Below are positions 27,964 to 40,800 of a DNA stretch of 64,000 nt, piece by piece. Numbering within the stretch: the stretch's first letter is position 1; every line of letters starts with the position of its first letter. The stretch is from Chrysomallon squamiferum (Eukaryota > Animalia > Mollusca): positions 19,034,001 through 19,098,000 of the forward strand of contig CM022677.1 in NCBI GenBank assembly GCA_012295275.1, read 5' to 3'. Made by a program: the position numbers and the translations under genes. The notes below the pieces were generated by a model, which saw only the letters and a list, made by a program, of their open reading frames with translations, was not told where the DNA came from and made no database searches.

Positions 27964-30768
27964 TAATCACAATAAAAACAACAGCAATAGCAACAATAAC
28001 ATTAATGATGAAAAGGATAGCTTGTGAATACTAATATTTTTTCTCTTGTCTAAGATAGTTTCATATAATAATAACAATAACAACAGCTACATCAACAACA
28101 ACAATATAATTACAATACCAAGTTGTGTATATGAGTGTATGTAAATGTGTATGTGCTAGGTGTATATTTTACCTGACTGAGTTTGTATATCTGGTGTGAA
28201 TTACTGTATGTGTGTGTTATTATTTTCTTGTCTTTTTCTAAATTTAAAAATTCCTTCAGTCCATTGTTTCTTTAGAAATTATTCTTTTTCTCAGATTCTC
28301 CCCATTCATTGAGATGATATAGCCTAAGGTTTCAGAACACTAATTTCATTTATAATGTCAAAATTAAATTTTATTGTTATTTTTTTTTTTTTTTTTTTTT
28401 TTAAAGTATCCTAAATCCATTGTACCTTTAAAAATTAATTTTTTATCACATTGCACATGTTCATTATCATCTTTTTTTGTGTGATACTTTCACATATTAC
28501 AGAACTCAATGCTTACATTTATAATATTCAAACAAAGGTTTTAACAGGATTTTATTGGTATTTCAGTTAATTTCAGTTGGGCAAATTGATTTGATATACG
28601 AGCAAACTGAATTATGAGCTCAGTCACGGAACGATTTAAAATCATAAGTCAAGGTACCACTGTATTCTTAATTATGCAGAATTTATTCTTTATATTTGTA
28701 ATAACTCATCAAATTTATTATTATTAAAAGTTATCATGCATAATTGTGTTACATAATGTATTGTGATTTTCTTAAAAGTTAGTTAAATGTGATTGTCAAC
28801 ATTCTTGGTAAAAAAAATATTTTCATATACAGGTATATACAACCAATATTTTTTGGAAGATTATAAATACATAAATTTCAAACTGGATGTTAGAAGTTCA
28901 ATGACTGTATTTAACTGTTGCTTTTATTTTAATATTAATAATCTGATTTTATTGATGAAACATGTACCATCTGTAGTATTGCACTTCATTTAGGTATTTT
29001 AATTTATGTTTAATATTTATTTAATTATTAATGTATCCAGCAATGCATATGATTCAGAGACATGGATGAAAATTTATTTAATTATTCAGAGTTATATTGT
29101 AACTTCTGTCAGTGCATTGAAAACTGATAATCTGGTATGAATTTTGAACCAAAAATACCTTTGAGTGTTATTCATATGTTAAATGATGCAGCCTGATTCA
29201 CTGGGAAATTATAATAATTTTTACATCAAAAAATAAAGTTCTCTGTTCTCAGGGTGTTTGTAAACAGACAACAAACATTTGAGATGATTTTTTTTTTTTT
29301 TAAATAAATTGCATCATTAAATGATATTGCAGCTTAATTCTTATCAATGACTGATGGATCCTTCATTTCAGGCAAAATTGTTGAGAAATTACTTTGAAAC
29401 ATCAGGCAATGTGAAATATTTAAGTAATCTATAAATTACAGATTGCCCCAAATATTTTGAAATTCTGCAGATTACAAATTGTCTGCACTATTATTTAGGA
29501 AATCTACAGGCTGCCTAATTTTAGACACTGCCTGTAATGTATCATGAATATAAAATTCACTTTAGAGAACAATAATTTTATAAAATGAAATACAAGCAGT
29601 ACACTACTTAAAAAACCAGAGAATGTATCAACTGAGTAGATTTAATTTAAACTGGAAGATATTTGGAGTTTACTCAAGGTTCTTTGATTGTTTATAAAAT
29701 ATTATCAATCACTTTTTGTTTTTTGTTTTTTATAATCTAACATAGTAAAGAAATGAAAAATGATTACTTTTTTTTTGGTTTTATTCTTTGGTTGTTGTTG
29801 TTTTAATTAGCATTAGTAATATTATTATTATTTTTTAATTTTTCTGCAGTCGTAAAATACAAACAGATGACAAAAGACAACAAACGCAAGCTGGGAACCA
29901 TCTGCTACAAAAAAAAAATGTCCGAAGGTGATTTTTTTTATCGGAAATCGATAATTCAGACTTACGAGTTAACTGCAGCCGTACTCTGCGCACCAGTACA
30001 GTGCCGATGCTGTTGGTGGCAAAGCAGCTGTAGACGTCCTCGTGACGTTGTTTCATGCGCCGTATAAAGAGAGACCCATTTTGAAATACCCGTATGGAGA
30101 GGTTCTGGTTTCTCGACTTGAGAGTTGTCTGCCCTTTGTGCCATTCGTAGCGTAGTGGCAGCGCGTCTGGCGACGTTGTCACAGTGCAGTTCAGCACCAC
30201 TTGACTCTTGCGCTGAATAACAACGTGGTGGACGTCTTCTTTGATCACCATCTTTGTTGGAAGAAAATCTTTGTTCGCGTTATCTGAATGATAAAATGGT
30301 TTCAGTTTTTAGTTCAGGTTTTTAATATTAATAATGATGTAAGAAATAACTGTATCACTAATTTTAACAGCATTAATAATATTAATAATAACAACAACAG
30401 CAACAGTAACAATTATAACAGTAGTAGTTGTAGTAATAATAATAGCATTAACAACTACAGTAATAATAATAATAATAACAAAAGTAACAATTACAGTAAC
30501 AGTAACAAACATTAAATAACAGTAGCAGTAGTAATAATCATTATATTAACTGTATTAACAGTAATAATATGTTAATAATATAGAAATATTACAATAATAT
30601 TAATTGTAATAACACTAGTAATAATCATTATTATGTTAATAATAATTGTAATAATACAAATTATGAGAATGGTAATAAAAACAAGAATAATAATTCTATT
30701 ATCAGTAATAGTAATAATGCTTTTGTTAATAATATTTGTAATAATTTTGAAATGTAATAACATTACTA

Positions 30769-30816
<48 letters not shown>

Positions 30817-32107
30817 GTAATAATTTCAATAATTAAAATTGTAATAATTGTAATAACAATATTTTAATGAAGATAACAACATCAATAATGCAATTACTAT
30901 ATGTTATGATATATAATAACAATCATAATAAAAATAATATGAAGAAGAGAAAAAAGAAAGAGTAATAAAAATGTAATAAAATCTTGTGTAAACACACTGT
31001 TAATCACACACACACATACACGCACATATACACGCACACTCCTTATCTTTCTTCTTCTACAAATCACACAGTATCAACACAGCTGTAAGTAAGTCTAGAT
31101 CAACTCTTGCCTAAACCTCTATAATCTCATCATTATTACTGGGTTTTTGTTGTCCAAGATATTAAAACATGAACTTTACATTTCTCTCTTTTTGTACATG
31201 ACGTGTTGAATACACACATTAAAATAATGTCATTACAAGGAGATTGCTTACGTTGCTTTACCATGATTGATGTAACCTCAATGAAAATGGTGTTATCCAT
31301 GAATAGAAAATGAGATAAATTATCTAATATTGAACTTTAGACCACTTCCATACATGAACCTAATTCACACTGAAAATAGTATAAACGAAAATTGTAACTG
31401 ACAAAATTTGTTTATAAACATTAAGTAATTTTTTTCTGTTAAGTAACGGAGTTGTATTTATTTTATTCCTGTGGAGTGTATTTCAGTACTTGACATGGTA
31501 GACTATTTGGAATAACTTCAATAAGGTTAGTAAGAAAGATTTAAACGAACATGAAAGTGATTAACATTTCAGTTGACAAAGTTTATTCAAGAAGTAGGTA
31601 TCAGATCTTTTCTTCCACGTTCTCTATGATTAACCCGTTTTCGCCCCAAGTTTTTCTTGTTTTTATTTAGTTATTGTGTATGTGTATTTTTTATTTGTGA
31701 TCATGCTGCTGCCTAATTAAAAGCTAACATTAAACTTAAAAGAATGCACTTGAGAAGTGTCGAATGAAGAATGTAAACAAACTGTTTCCCTTCTCAGGCT
31801 TCGGGATGTCATTTGCCTTTTTCAATGTCTGACTGACAAATATACAAAAACTAAACGTTAGCTTTACTCTAGTTTGATAACAGAACGCAACCAACTAAGA
31901 TTTCCACTACTGTCATTGAAATTCGTAAAGAAAAACACCCTTTAAATCATATCTTAGGTCTATTTTTCCGAACATTCAGGTCAAGGGTTAACCTTTCTGT
32001 CGAGTTTTTTCTGCAAACGAAAAAGAATGCATACCTTTTTGTAGTGCACCCGAGCACAAAATAACTACGGTTTGGAGGTAGAATAAAAGAGATTCCTTCG
32101 ACGCCAT
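10770..32107 (-). CDS. PRTG: Protogenin-like (DCC/neogenin/PRTG family) type I membrane receptor, 17 coding exons: SP-4Ig-3FN3-TM-cytoplasmic tail
   Basis: Exons 1-14 have GT-AG boundaries and consistent phases. Ig2 GGVARFQC...TTLPSGVLQV..L...DAGKYRCIA, the Ig3-Ig4 junction NLTVL-SPP, Ig4 CEAEGFPPPEITWFFNG...DSGYYQCLASN and cytoplasmic TPML...DAK|GG resemble protogenin. Orthology and the 3' end are inferred. Confidence 0.7.
11380..11810 (-). repeat. Coding 30-bp tandem repeat (QKLQEKELS[L/P]) x ~14
   Basis: aattctttttcttgtaacttctg(c/t)(a/g)gagat at exact 30-nt period. Confidence 0.95.
12890..13027 (-). CDS. Receptor exon 16, cytoplasmic (GGDGVVVVKNG...MNGHV...HSNTE)
   Basis: tttttgcag acceptor, phase 0/0, weak GAG|gttctc donor; completes DAK|GG. 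Confidence 0.65.
13438..13596 (-). CDS. Receptor exon 15, juxtamembrane cytoplasmic (frameshifted as assembled)
   Basis: Starts MVKKRRGQ (stop-transfer) and reaches TAA at 13487-13485. The motif EITPMLTKLPENEESDAK| is in another frame that splices in phase to exon 16. Confidence 0.7.
14299..14425 (-). CDS. Receptor exon 14, transmembrane helix
   Basis: FVVMIGTTLIIVVGVSVSLLSVLIVGLFAFLC; phase 1/2, gtaagt donor. Confidence 0.88.
15523..15653 (-). CDS. Receptor exon 13, FN3-3 C-half
   Basis: NKTSLVVTGLEPYKTYTFFVTAV...SSPS; phase 2/1, gtgagt donor. Confidence 0.9.
15740..16440 (-). repeat. Five tandem partial copies of exon 13 (acceptor plus first ~60 nt) separated by (CA)n
   Basis: Copies of acaaagaat...ttccagtc(c/t)agttacaac...ttgttttgttactg at ~15745, 15920, 16055, 16215 and 16370. 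Confidence 0.9.
16730..17471 (-). repeat. ~87-bp tandem array whose terminal unit overlaps the 3' end of exon 12
   Basis: The core gtggtagactt(g/t)caccttgtc is shared between exon 12 (17451-17471) and ~7 intronic units. Confidence 0.85.
17422..17701 (-). CDS. Receptor exon 12, FN3-2 end and FN3-3 N-half
   Basis: TSETYETMLII...VPQDLNVEILDLTQVLLSWLYP...FFSVCY; phase 1/2, AG|gtgtgt donor. Confidence 0.87.
18263..18448 (-). CDS. Receptor exon 11, FN3-2
   Basis: PPTKLHVDVINDTSVLLAW...ISHYNITL...YLFTNL; phase 1/1. Confidence 0.9.
19231..19383 (-). CDS. Receptor exon 10, FN3-1 C-half
   Basis: ITLVNLEPFTNYTVEVKSYNKKG; phase 1/1. Confidence 0.92.
20414..20551 (-). CDS. Receptor exon 9, FN3-1 N-half
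   Basis: VPPAPVVTEVRAVSDTSIFLRWE; phase 1/1. Confidence 0.92.
21021..21147 (-). CDS. Receptor exon 8, Ig4 C-half
   Basis: VLNIINAGLEDSGYYQCLASNIAGQHIKTARLQI; phase 0/1. Confidence 0.92.
21732..21880 (-). CDS. Receptor exon 7, Ig4 N-half
   Basis: SPPVIK...FNCEAEGFPPPEITWFFNGKKV; phase 1/0. Confidence 0.92.
22541..22696 (-). CDS. Receptor exon 6, Ig3 C-half
   Basis: DGKPL...SNLKIINVQSSDSGIYVC...VNLTVL; phase 1/1. Confidence 0.92.
23974..24102 (-). CDS. Receptor exon 5, Ig3 N-half
   Basis: NITVSQGEMALLECVVDSQPQTNITWYR; phase 1/1. Confidence 0.92.
25967..26133 (-). CDS. Receptor exon 4, Ig2 C-half
   Basis: YTTLPSGVLQVNELEESDAGKYRCIAS...SREAELTV; phase 2/1, gtgagt donor. Confidence 0.93.
26896..27043 (-). 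CDS. Receptor exon 3, Ig2 N-half
   Basis: EPTDVVGYVGGVARFQCVIKTIPPPIYTWQKN; phase 1/2. Not in the ORF track. Confidence 0.92.
29966..30283 (-). CDS. Receptor exon 2, Ig1
   Basis: VVLNC...YEWHK...VFQNGSLFI...DVYSCFATNSIG; cattcag acceptor, gtaagt donor, 318 nt, phase 1/1. Confidence 0.92.
32035..32107 (-). CDS. Receptor exon 1, signal peptide (MASKESLLFYLQTVVILCSGALQK)
   Basis: ATG at 32107, hydrophobic core, G|gtatgc phase-1 donor in frame with exon 2. Confidence 0.7.
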
Positions 32108-32720
32108 ATATTTTGATTCATGGGGATAAATTCGTAGATATTCAACAACAAATAATTGTAACAAACAACATATCAGGCATTTTGGTGTATGAATACATCA
32201 ACTGAACCGTAGCACTGCCTTCTTGGTCATGGCCTTATTCTCGTGCTGTACGAGAAAAGTCGAGATCACACACTTTGCGCCCTGGAACGGTTTAGGTATG
32301 TAGCGCTTGTTTTTTCCCCCAGCTATTTCGTTCTTTTATTTGTTTCTCTGTTTTGTTGGTTACTGTTATTATTAACTTGTCTACCCGTACACACTCTGTA
32401 TGTATCTCACCTAAAACAGACACTAGAACTGTAACATAGGATGAAGATTTTACAACGAAGTTATAGCTTGTTCAGACGTGATAAAATCTGAGTCACGCTC
32501 ATACTCGTAGGTGAATAATGGGCGCTCTTGCAACGTATTTGTCTTTTTTCATTTCTTTAAAAAAATTTATTTACAATAACAGTCCATAATCAAACTATAA
32601 TGGCAGCAACAATAGCTACAGTAGTTATAAATTAATAATAATGCAGGCAGGTCCTAAATAATCCGGCATTCATTAGTCTTGCTTTTGCGATGGTTGTTGA
32701 AGATTAATCCAATATGGCGG
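32108..32720. promoter_or_regulatory. Putative bidirectional promoter region
   Basis: Relatively CpG-containing stretch between the receptor ATG (-) and a CCAAT/YY1-like ccaatATGGCGG at 32709-32720 that opens a + strand exon. Confidence 0.45.
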
Positions 32721-32819
32721 CTAGCTGTTCCACCAGCAATGTCCTATACTGCGTAGTCATTGTATTATGTCTGCAACGGCTTGTTTATGGCGGATGAACC
32801 CGCCATAGAGATACAGGTA

Positions 32820-32863
<44 letters not shown>

Positions 32864-35017
32864 TGTTATTTATTTTTTAATTTTTATTAATTATAATTAT
32901 GAATATTATTTTTTTAATCTTAAGCATTACAATTTACAGTGATAACTGATTTAGAAAATCGACCTTTAGAAGATTGCCCGATTAATGAGGTCCAATCTGT
33001 AATAGACTTTAAAGATTTAGTATTTTTAAATTAACTGAAATTATTGCTTTGTTGAATGCTAGTATCTAAAGTTATGATTATTATTATTAGCATTTTATTT
33101 TTTCAAAAAATATTATTAATCTGCAGTTTCTCTTATCTTTCACTTCATACATGCCATGTATTAAAATATTTTACAGACTTGTAATGGCAGGAATGAAATA
33201 AGAAAGCACATGAGCCACTGGGGAGTGTACAGGGCCGGTACCCAGAGCTTTCTACTGCAGCAGAATGTTCACACTTTGTTACAAAACTGAAGAAGACATC
33301 ACCTTTCTGTTCTTCAACTGGCAATCAGGTAAATCGGGTTTCTCAGTCAGTCCTATTTTTAGTAACGGTGTAATAGTGTCACTAGTGCTTATCTTATTTT
33401 GACTGTGTACAAGTCCAGATAATTCTGGGTATTTCTGTACATTATATCCACATTTGTCTTACATGCTCAGAATTTTTTTTTTTTAATTAATAATAATAAT
33501 TTTAACTAATATTACTGTCTACTTTAAAATAGTGTTAACTGTACAAGACAGTTAAAATGAATGACATTTTTTTTTCTTCGCCGGCAAAGAAGAAATTATT
33601 TTAAGAAATAATGTTGCTGCAGTTGGAATGATCAAAAAAAAAAAATCATTGCAAGATTGAAATTGTTATTATTATGCCAAAAATTTTCTTTACAAATAAG
33701 TTTTTCTACTTATCCTGCATGTGATGTGATTTTTTAAAGTAATATTCACAACAATTTGATATTATCCTAATACACTAAACAATTAAGTAAATAAATATGT
33801 CACCTAGTAATCAAGATTGCTTTTAATTTTTTAAATTTAAATTTTTTTTTATTTCTCCAGTGTTTTCAAACCATATCCAGTTGGACACTGCAAGAAAATG
33901 CAGCCTGCTCAGAAAGAACTTTTCATTGAACTGTAATTTCAACTAGAAGTGAGTATGGTTACACTGTCTGTCCATCTATCCATCTATCTCTCTTCATGTC
34001 AAAGGCAGTAATAAAATTTACTGAAGAAAAATAAAGAAAAGAAAAGAGAATGGATAGAAACCAAAAATGAGGATTTTAGAATCTTATTTTTTACAGTTTA
34101 TGTACATTGAAAACTGGGTAAAAATTTAACTTACCTGTTTTCAGTTTAACTTTTTCTGTTAACCAAATTGATTAACCTTTTCTGTTTCTGTCAAGCTGGA
34201 TAAATATGCAGCTAAAAATATAATAAATAAATGTTTAAAAAATATATATATATATATATATATATATAACAAATTGGCCTAAGAAAAGGTAATAGTAACA
34301 ACAGCAAATTGATTTTAACAAAAGGCAATCAGTTTTGAAATTAATGCATGAAAATTTACAAATGCTTGCCAACTTTCCTCCATGAAAATTAATTGTACTC
34401 AGCAGCAAATTGAGTTAAAATAAATAATTTTATTTCTAAATGTAATTGTTTTGCACAAAATTATCTTTTTCTCAATGTATCTGAGATTTGCATTTAAGTG
34501 TCTTGTTTCAGAATATTTATATTTCTCCGTTAAGATTTGTTAGACCAAAATTCTTTCTCAGTATTTATTTATCCATTTAACAGTGTCTTGTAAAAAAATA
34601 AAATAAAACAAAAAACAAGTTTTATTTCTAAGTTTAACCATCATACAATTTGTTCTCGTTACAACAGGTAACAGAGATTTGAGGATGTCGCAGATCAGTT
34701 TTTCCATCTTTGACAACTGGACAGTTGCAGCATGCAGAACTGAAAACTCGGGGGTGGGGTGGAAACACCCTTCCTCATCGAGGCAGAGCCATCTCAACCA
34801 GGTTCAGTCAAACAGCCCTGGAGTGTGAGAATGATCTGGAAGCTTTTTTTTTTTTTTTTTTTTCTTCTTCAAATCTTGTGACAGCTGAACAAGGCATGTC
34901 ACGCAGAACTGAAAAAACCAGATGCATCAGCTTCTCACAGCTGAAGCAAATGACACCCAACTGACGTCAGACATTTCAGACAACACGACAGTTAACTTAA
35001 CTTTAAAGCAAATTGAG
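32714..35017 (+). ncRNA. Putative spliced non-coding or decayed transcript; exons ~32714-32816, 33177-33328, 33861-33948, 34668-35017
   Basis: Four higher-complexity islands bounded by yag acceptors and CAG|gtatc, CAG|gtaaat, AA|gtgagt and GAG|gtagac donors. No continuous ORF across them. Confidence 0.4.
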
Positions 35018-38000
35018 GTAGACATTTATGTGCACCAAGTTAATGTTTTTTGTTTGTACGTTATTTTTCTCTCTCTCTCTCGTGTAATTTATTATCTCTT
35101 ACAACAACAAAGAGACTGAAGATCAGATGTCTTCTTCTGCTTGTTGAAGACCTGTCCCAGATAGATTTTTTTTTTTCCCCGTCTGATGACTGCTGAACAA
35201 GGCAGGTCGTGTAGAATTGATTTCTCTCTCTCTCTCAGGCAGTGCCTGTCACTACAGCAGTTCTGGCTGAATCAGGTGCTGTGTACTTTGACATGTGCCA
35301 GATTTCAAAAAAACAACAACAACCCAACCCAACAGTTGACGTTGCTTTTAAGCCAGAACAAACGTAGAAGTGTTCTTACACCAAGTAAATATTTTTATTT
35401 CTTCGTTGTTAACCGTTTGTCCCATTTTGCGTAGAAATGAAAACACAAATGCATCCGTTTGTGTCCCGACATCGAAATTCAGTGTGACTCTTATTTGGTG
35501 TCACATTCAAAGGTTGATGGTTTGTGAATCAAATTCGGAGGTAGGTGCCGAATAAGCTGACCATTATCAATGTGGTCAGCAGTGTTTCCCCAAAATCATT
35601 CACAAACGGTTATTATTGGTAAGAAATCGGTATGACGATGCTGTTTATCAGTTTTAATTGTTTTTATCAGTTTACATTCCTCTTTAACAAAATGAACTTT
35701 TTTTTTTTTTTTTTTTTTTTTTTGCATTTTTTGGCAAAATACAGAGCATGATCATCCAGTAAGACTGCCTGGTCCAGTTAAATGTTTTGTTTATTGCAGA
35801 CTTTGAAGCCACTGTGAAATATTTCACTCGACTATAAAATAACAACATTTTTATTCTCCTTACCTAACACCAGAATGGAAACCACATTAGGAATGAGTTT
35901 GTATATATATATATTTTTTTTTTTTTTTTTAAATTCTGATTTTCTCAATTATTTTAAAATCTGGTTTCTCAATTTCTTAGACGTTTTGCTTTTGAGGTTT
36001 GATGAATGTTGGAATGTTTGTTTTTTTAATGTAGGATTTTGATTTCCTTTACAACAAATCTTCACCCAATTTTATAATTTTTTCGACCACCACCCACCCC
36101 CCCAATCAGAAATTTTGTGTTTTCTAAACAGTTTCTCTATTTCTGTCTTTATGTGCATCTGACTTTTTTTTCATTTCCTGTCAAGGCTGTGGTAGGAATG
36201 AAAGGAAGAAATCACAAATGTTGAAATTTCTTCATCGAAACTTCATTTAGTGTTCTCCATTATTAATTTGCATCTATCCATGCAACATTGATAGTATAAT
36301 TTGCAGTCCACATCTTTGACATATTTTTTTTTTTAAATGTCTAGACAGTCCTTTTCTATAGAATGGACAGATGATTTTGAGATTGTTTTTTCTAATTTTG
36401 TTTAAATTCAAGAGTTTCCAGCTTTTATCCAATATGGTGGATTCAAACTTTAAAAAAAACCACAATGTTGATAATAACTTTAATAGTTATGTTTAGAAAG
36501 GCTGTTTCTAACATACAAATATTAACTCGTTTGTTGTGAAATTAAATGGTCCAAATGTATTTAAAGATAATTATTTCTGCATAACAGAAACATTTGTTCA
36601 CTGTAACTCTGACATATTTCTTTACTCTGTATAGTCTTTTCTGCAGAATGGACAGACGATTTTGAAGTCATTTTTGTAATTTTTCTTAATGTAATAGATA
36701 GTGAAATGTTGACGAGCAATCTGATGCCCTGTATTTCTACTGCTTTCATCTTCATGTCTTTCATACAGAATGGACTGATTATTTTGAGATTACTTTTTCC
36801 TAATTTTTCTCCCACAATACAGACCTCGTAGCTTTGTGAAAATTTGTGACAGTATCTGGACAAGAGCTGTTTTTCAATTCTGTGTTTTCCTGTAGGCAAA
36901 TGATGCAGAACGAATATCCACATTTGAAGAACTCACAGCTCTGTGGGGAAACACAAAAAATGTCCATACAAAGGCAGCTAGAAAGATGGCTTAACCCGGT
37001 TTTCTGAGATTTTCTCAATTTCTTAGTCCGGCAGGAACTGATATTTTACTCTGAAGAAGTTTGGTTGGATGTTGAAATGTTTATTTTTTTATATCAGACT
37101 CCGAAATTGCTTTTAATAAATCTTCAGCAAGTTTTATAAACTTTTAAAAAAAAATTGATTTATTCATTCATCAGATGTTTGTAGTCAATAAATAATTTGT
37201 CTGTTTCTGTGTATAATTGGACTCTCTTCAATTCTTTCTGTTAGACACTATTTTTTTTTTTTTTTTTTTTTTTGTGTGGACCACTTCTATAAAGTCTAAT
37301 TAGTTTTTACCATCCCGGCTATGCCAATGTCTTCTGTTGTTTACCACAGTGATGTTGACAACGTTTTGATGACGTCATACAATAAAGACCTCTTGGCTTT
37401 GTGAAAATTTCCATTCGATTTTTTATTACTTTGCTAACATAATTTTGTGTTTTGAAACGTGTCAAAAGATTTAAACGCTACTTTTTTTTTTTTTTTTTAA
37501 ATGGATACTGCATAAGGTATCTATCATGTTTCATGTTTGTTTTGCTAACAAATGTTGGATGTGTTAAATTCGAAGAGTATCCAGCTTTTATGCAATATGG
37601 TGGATTCAAACTTTAAAAAAAAAAAAAATGATAACTTTAATAGTTATGTTTAGAAAGGCTGTTTCTAACATTCAAATATTAACTCGTTTGTTGTGAAATT
37701 AAATGGTCCAATTGTATTTAAAGATAATTATTTCTGCATAACAGAAACATCTGTTCACTGTAACTCTGACATATTTCTTTACTCTGTATAGTCGGTCTTT
37801 TCTGCAGAATGGACAGATGATTTTTGAAGTCATTTTTGTAACTTTTCTTAATGTAATAGATATTTATATCTCTTTGTCATTTTCACAGATCAATCTTTGA
37901 GCATTCCTATTACTAAATGTCCCATTTTGTGTAGAAATGCAAACACAAATACATCCCTTTGTGTGACGACATCGAAATTCAGTCGGAGTCAGGTGACTCT

Positions 38001-39899
38001 ATTTGGTGTCACATTCAAAGGCAAAGGTTATATGAATGAATGGTTTGTGAATCAAATTCGGAGGTAGGTGCCAAATAAGCTGACCATTATCAATGTGGTC
38101 AGCAGTGTGTCCCCAAAATCATTCACAAACGGTTATTATTGGTAAGAAATCGGTATGACGATGCTGTTTATCAGTTTTAATTGTTTTTATCAGTTTACAT
38201 TCCTCTTTAATGAAATAAACTTTTTTTTTTTTTTTTTTTTTTGCATTTTTTGGCAAAATATAGAGCATGATCCAGTAAGATGTTGACAAGAGCAATCTGC
38301 TGCCCTGTATTTCTACTGCTTTCGTCTTCATGTCTTTCATACAGAATGGACTGATTATTTTGAGATTGCTTTTTTCTAATTTTGTTGTTCAATGTTTTCC
38401 TGTAGGCAAATGTTACAAAATGAATGCCCACAATACAGACCTCGTAGCTTTGTGAAAATTTGTTACAATATCTGTACAATGGCAACGCTCATGTGTATTC
38501 TTTATTACTAATGGCATTGACAAGAGCTGTTTTTCAATTCTGTGTTTTCCTGTAGGCAAATGATGCAGAACGAATATCCACATTTGAAGAACTCACAGCT
38601 TTGTTAGAAACAAAAAAAAATTTCCATACAAGATGGCGTAACATGGTTTTTCCAAGATTTATTTTGAACTCTTCTAGTTTCTCAATTTCTTAGTCCGGCA
38701 GGAACTGATATTTTACTCTGAAGAAGTTTGGTTGGATGTTGAAATGTTTATTTTTTTATATCAGACCTCTGAAATTGCTTTTAATAAATCTTCACCAAGT
38801 TTTATAAACTTAAAAAAAAAATTATTTATTCATTCATCAGATGTTTGTAGTCAATAAACAATTTCTGTTTCTGTGTATAATTGGACTCTCTTCAATTCTT
38901 TCTGTTGGACACCATTTTTTTTGTGTGTGGACCACTTCTGTAAAGTCTGATTAGTTTTTACCATCCCGGCTATGCCAATGTCTTCTTCTGTTGTTTACCA
39001 CAGTGATGTTGACAACGTTTTGATGACGTCATACAATCTTGTCATCAGTCTCACTCAAAATAATTTGTTTCAAATACTTCACGTATTGGAACGAGAACAC
39101 ATCTATTACGTTGCTTTTCTAGTGTGCCATCAGTTGGATAAATAACAAACAGCAGCAGCAGTAATGGTAACAGATAATTTTTCAGCTTTTCTGCATTGGT
39201 AATTATGTCGATAGAGATCATACATCCTTTTGTCATGTGGCAATAAAATAAGTGATTTCTCAACACAAGATTTTTGATAAAATCTCAAGTACTAATTTTT
39301 TTTTTTTTTTTTTTTTAAGAAGTGTGTTGTTGCTATTGTAATTTTTATTGATGTAGTTTTGCAGACAGTTGGGACAAAAAATTTGGTTGTTTTCCCTATT
39401 CTGCTTCATTAATTATGACTGATGTAGTTCTGCAGATATTTACAGCAGAAAATGTTGATAGGGTAACCTGCTGTCTGTGTTCCTGTTGCTAATGAAGCTT
39501 TCTGGGAAGTGGACATTCTGCCTTCAGAACAGACAGGTGATATTTGTTGTATTGTGCTTTTTGTAATTTTGACTTATGTAGTTCTGCAGGCATTTCGAAC
39601 AAAATGTGATTTCTTCATATGTATTTTTTTTTTGTATTGTGATTTTGTAAATTTTTATTAAAATGAATTTTTCGGGGATGTGAACATTTCTGCCTGTAGA
39701 ACAGACAGATTGTATTGTTTTTGTAATTTTGACTTGTGTAGTCCTGCAGACATTTACTGCAGCAATGACGATCAGAGTAATCTGTCGTCTGTTTCTACTG
39801 CTAATGAACTTTTCTGATATTTGAATGTTTTTGCCTGCAGAATGGACAGTTGATTTTGTTGTATTGTGATCTGTAATTGTGACTTATGTAGTCCTGCAG

Positions 39900-40800
39900 G
39901 CATTTCTTACAAAACGTGATTTTGTAAATTTTTATTGAAATGAATTTTCAGGTATTTGAACATTCTGCCTCTAGAACAGACAGATTGTATTGTGTTTTTG
40001 TAATTGTGACTTAAATAGTCCTGCAGGCATTTACTACAAAACGTGATATTTTGTGTGTGGGTGTGGTGATTTTGTAAATTTTTATTGAAATGAATTTTCA
40101 GGTATTTGAACATTCTGCCTCTAGAACAGACAGATTGTATTGTGTTTTTGTAATTGTGACTTAAATAGTCCTGCAGGCATTTACTACAAAACGTGATATT
40201 TTGTGTGTGGGTGTGGTGATTTTGTAAATTTTTATTGAAATGAATTTTCAGGTATTTGAACATTCTGCCTCTAGAACAGACAGATTGTCTTGTGTTTTTG
40301 TAATTGTGACTTAAATAGTCCTGCAGGCATTTACTACAAAACGTGATATTTTGTGTGTGGGTGTGTGTGATTTTGTAAATTTTTATTGAAATGAATTTTC
40401 AGGTATTTGAACATTCTGCCTCTAGAACAGACAGATTGTCTTGTGTTTTTGTAATTGTGACTTAAATAGTCCTGCAGGCATTTACTACAAAACGTGATAT
40501 TTTGTGTGTGGGTGTGTGTGATTTTGTAAATTTTTATTGAAATGAATTTTCAGGTATTTGAACATTCTGCCTCTAGAACAGACAGATTGTCTTGTGTTTT
40601 TGTAATTGTGACTTAAATAGTCCTGCAGGCATTTACTACAAAACGTGATATTTTGTGTGTGTGTGTTTGTGGTGATTTTGTAAATTTTTATTGAAATGAA
40701 TTTTCAGGTATTTGAACATTCTGCCTCTAGAACAGACAGATTGTCTTGTGTTTTTGTAATTTTGACTTATATAGTCCTGCAGACATTTACTGCAGAAATG
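39900..40800 (-). repeat. ~150-bp tandem array (6 near-identical units) derived from RING C-terminal half
   Basis: Units start at ~39919, 40069, 40219, 40370, 40521 and 40675. They encode TFCSKCLQDYLS..., with ICLF*RQNVQIPENS in an offset frame. Confidence 0.85.

Noticed and set aside
32795-32797. TGA as selenocysteine in the micro-ORF
   Set aside because: Read-through meets a stop immediately in the next exon, and I could identify no SECIS or selenoprotein motif.
33177-33328. Resemblance of LCYKTEEDITFLFFNW to the NEMP/TMEM194 N-terminus
   Set aside because: It needs two frameshifts, the similarity is faint, and no downstream transmembrane exons are present.
35545-35582. Hairpin gctgacca-N9-tggtcagc (also ~38079 and ~43544) as a structured RNA or miRNA
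   Set aside because: The stem is only 8 bp, and its recurrence is explained by the local duplications.
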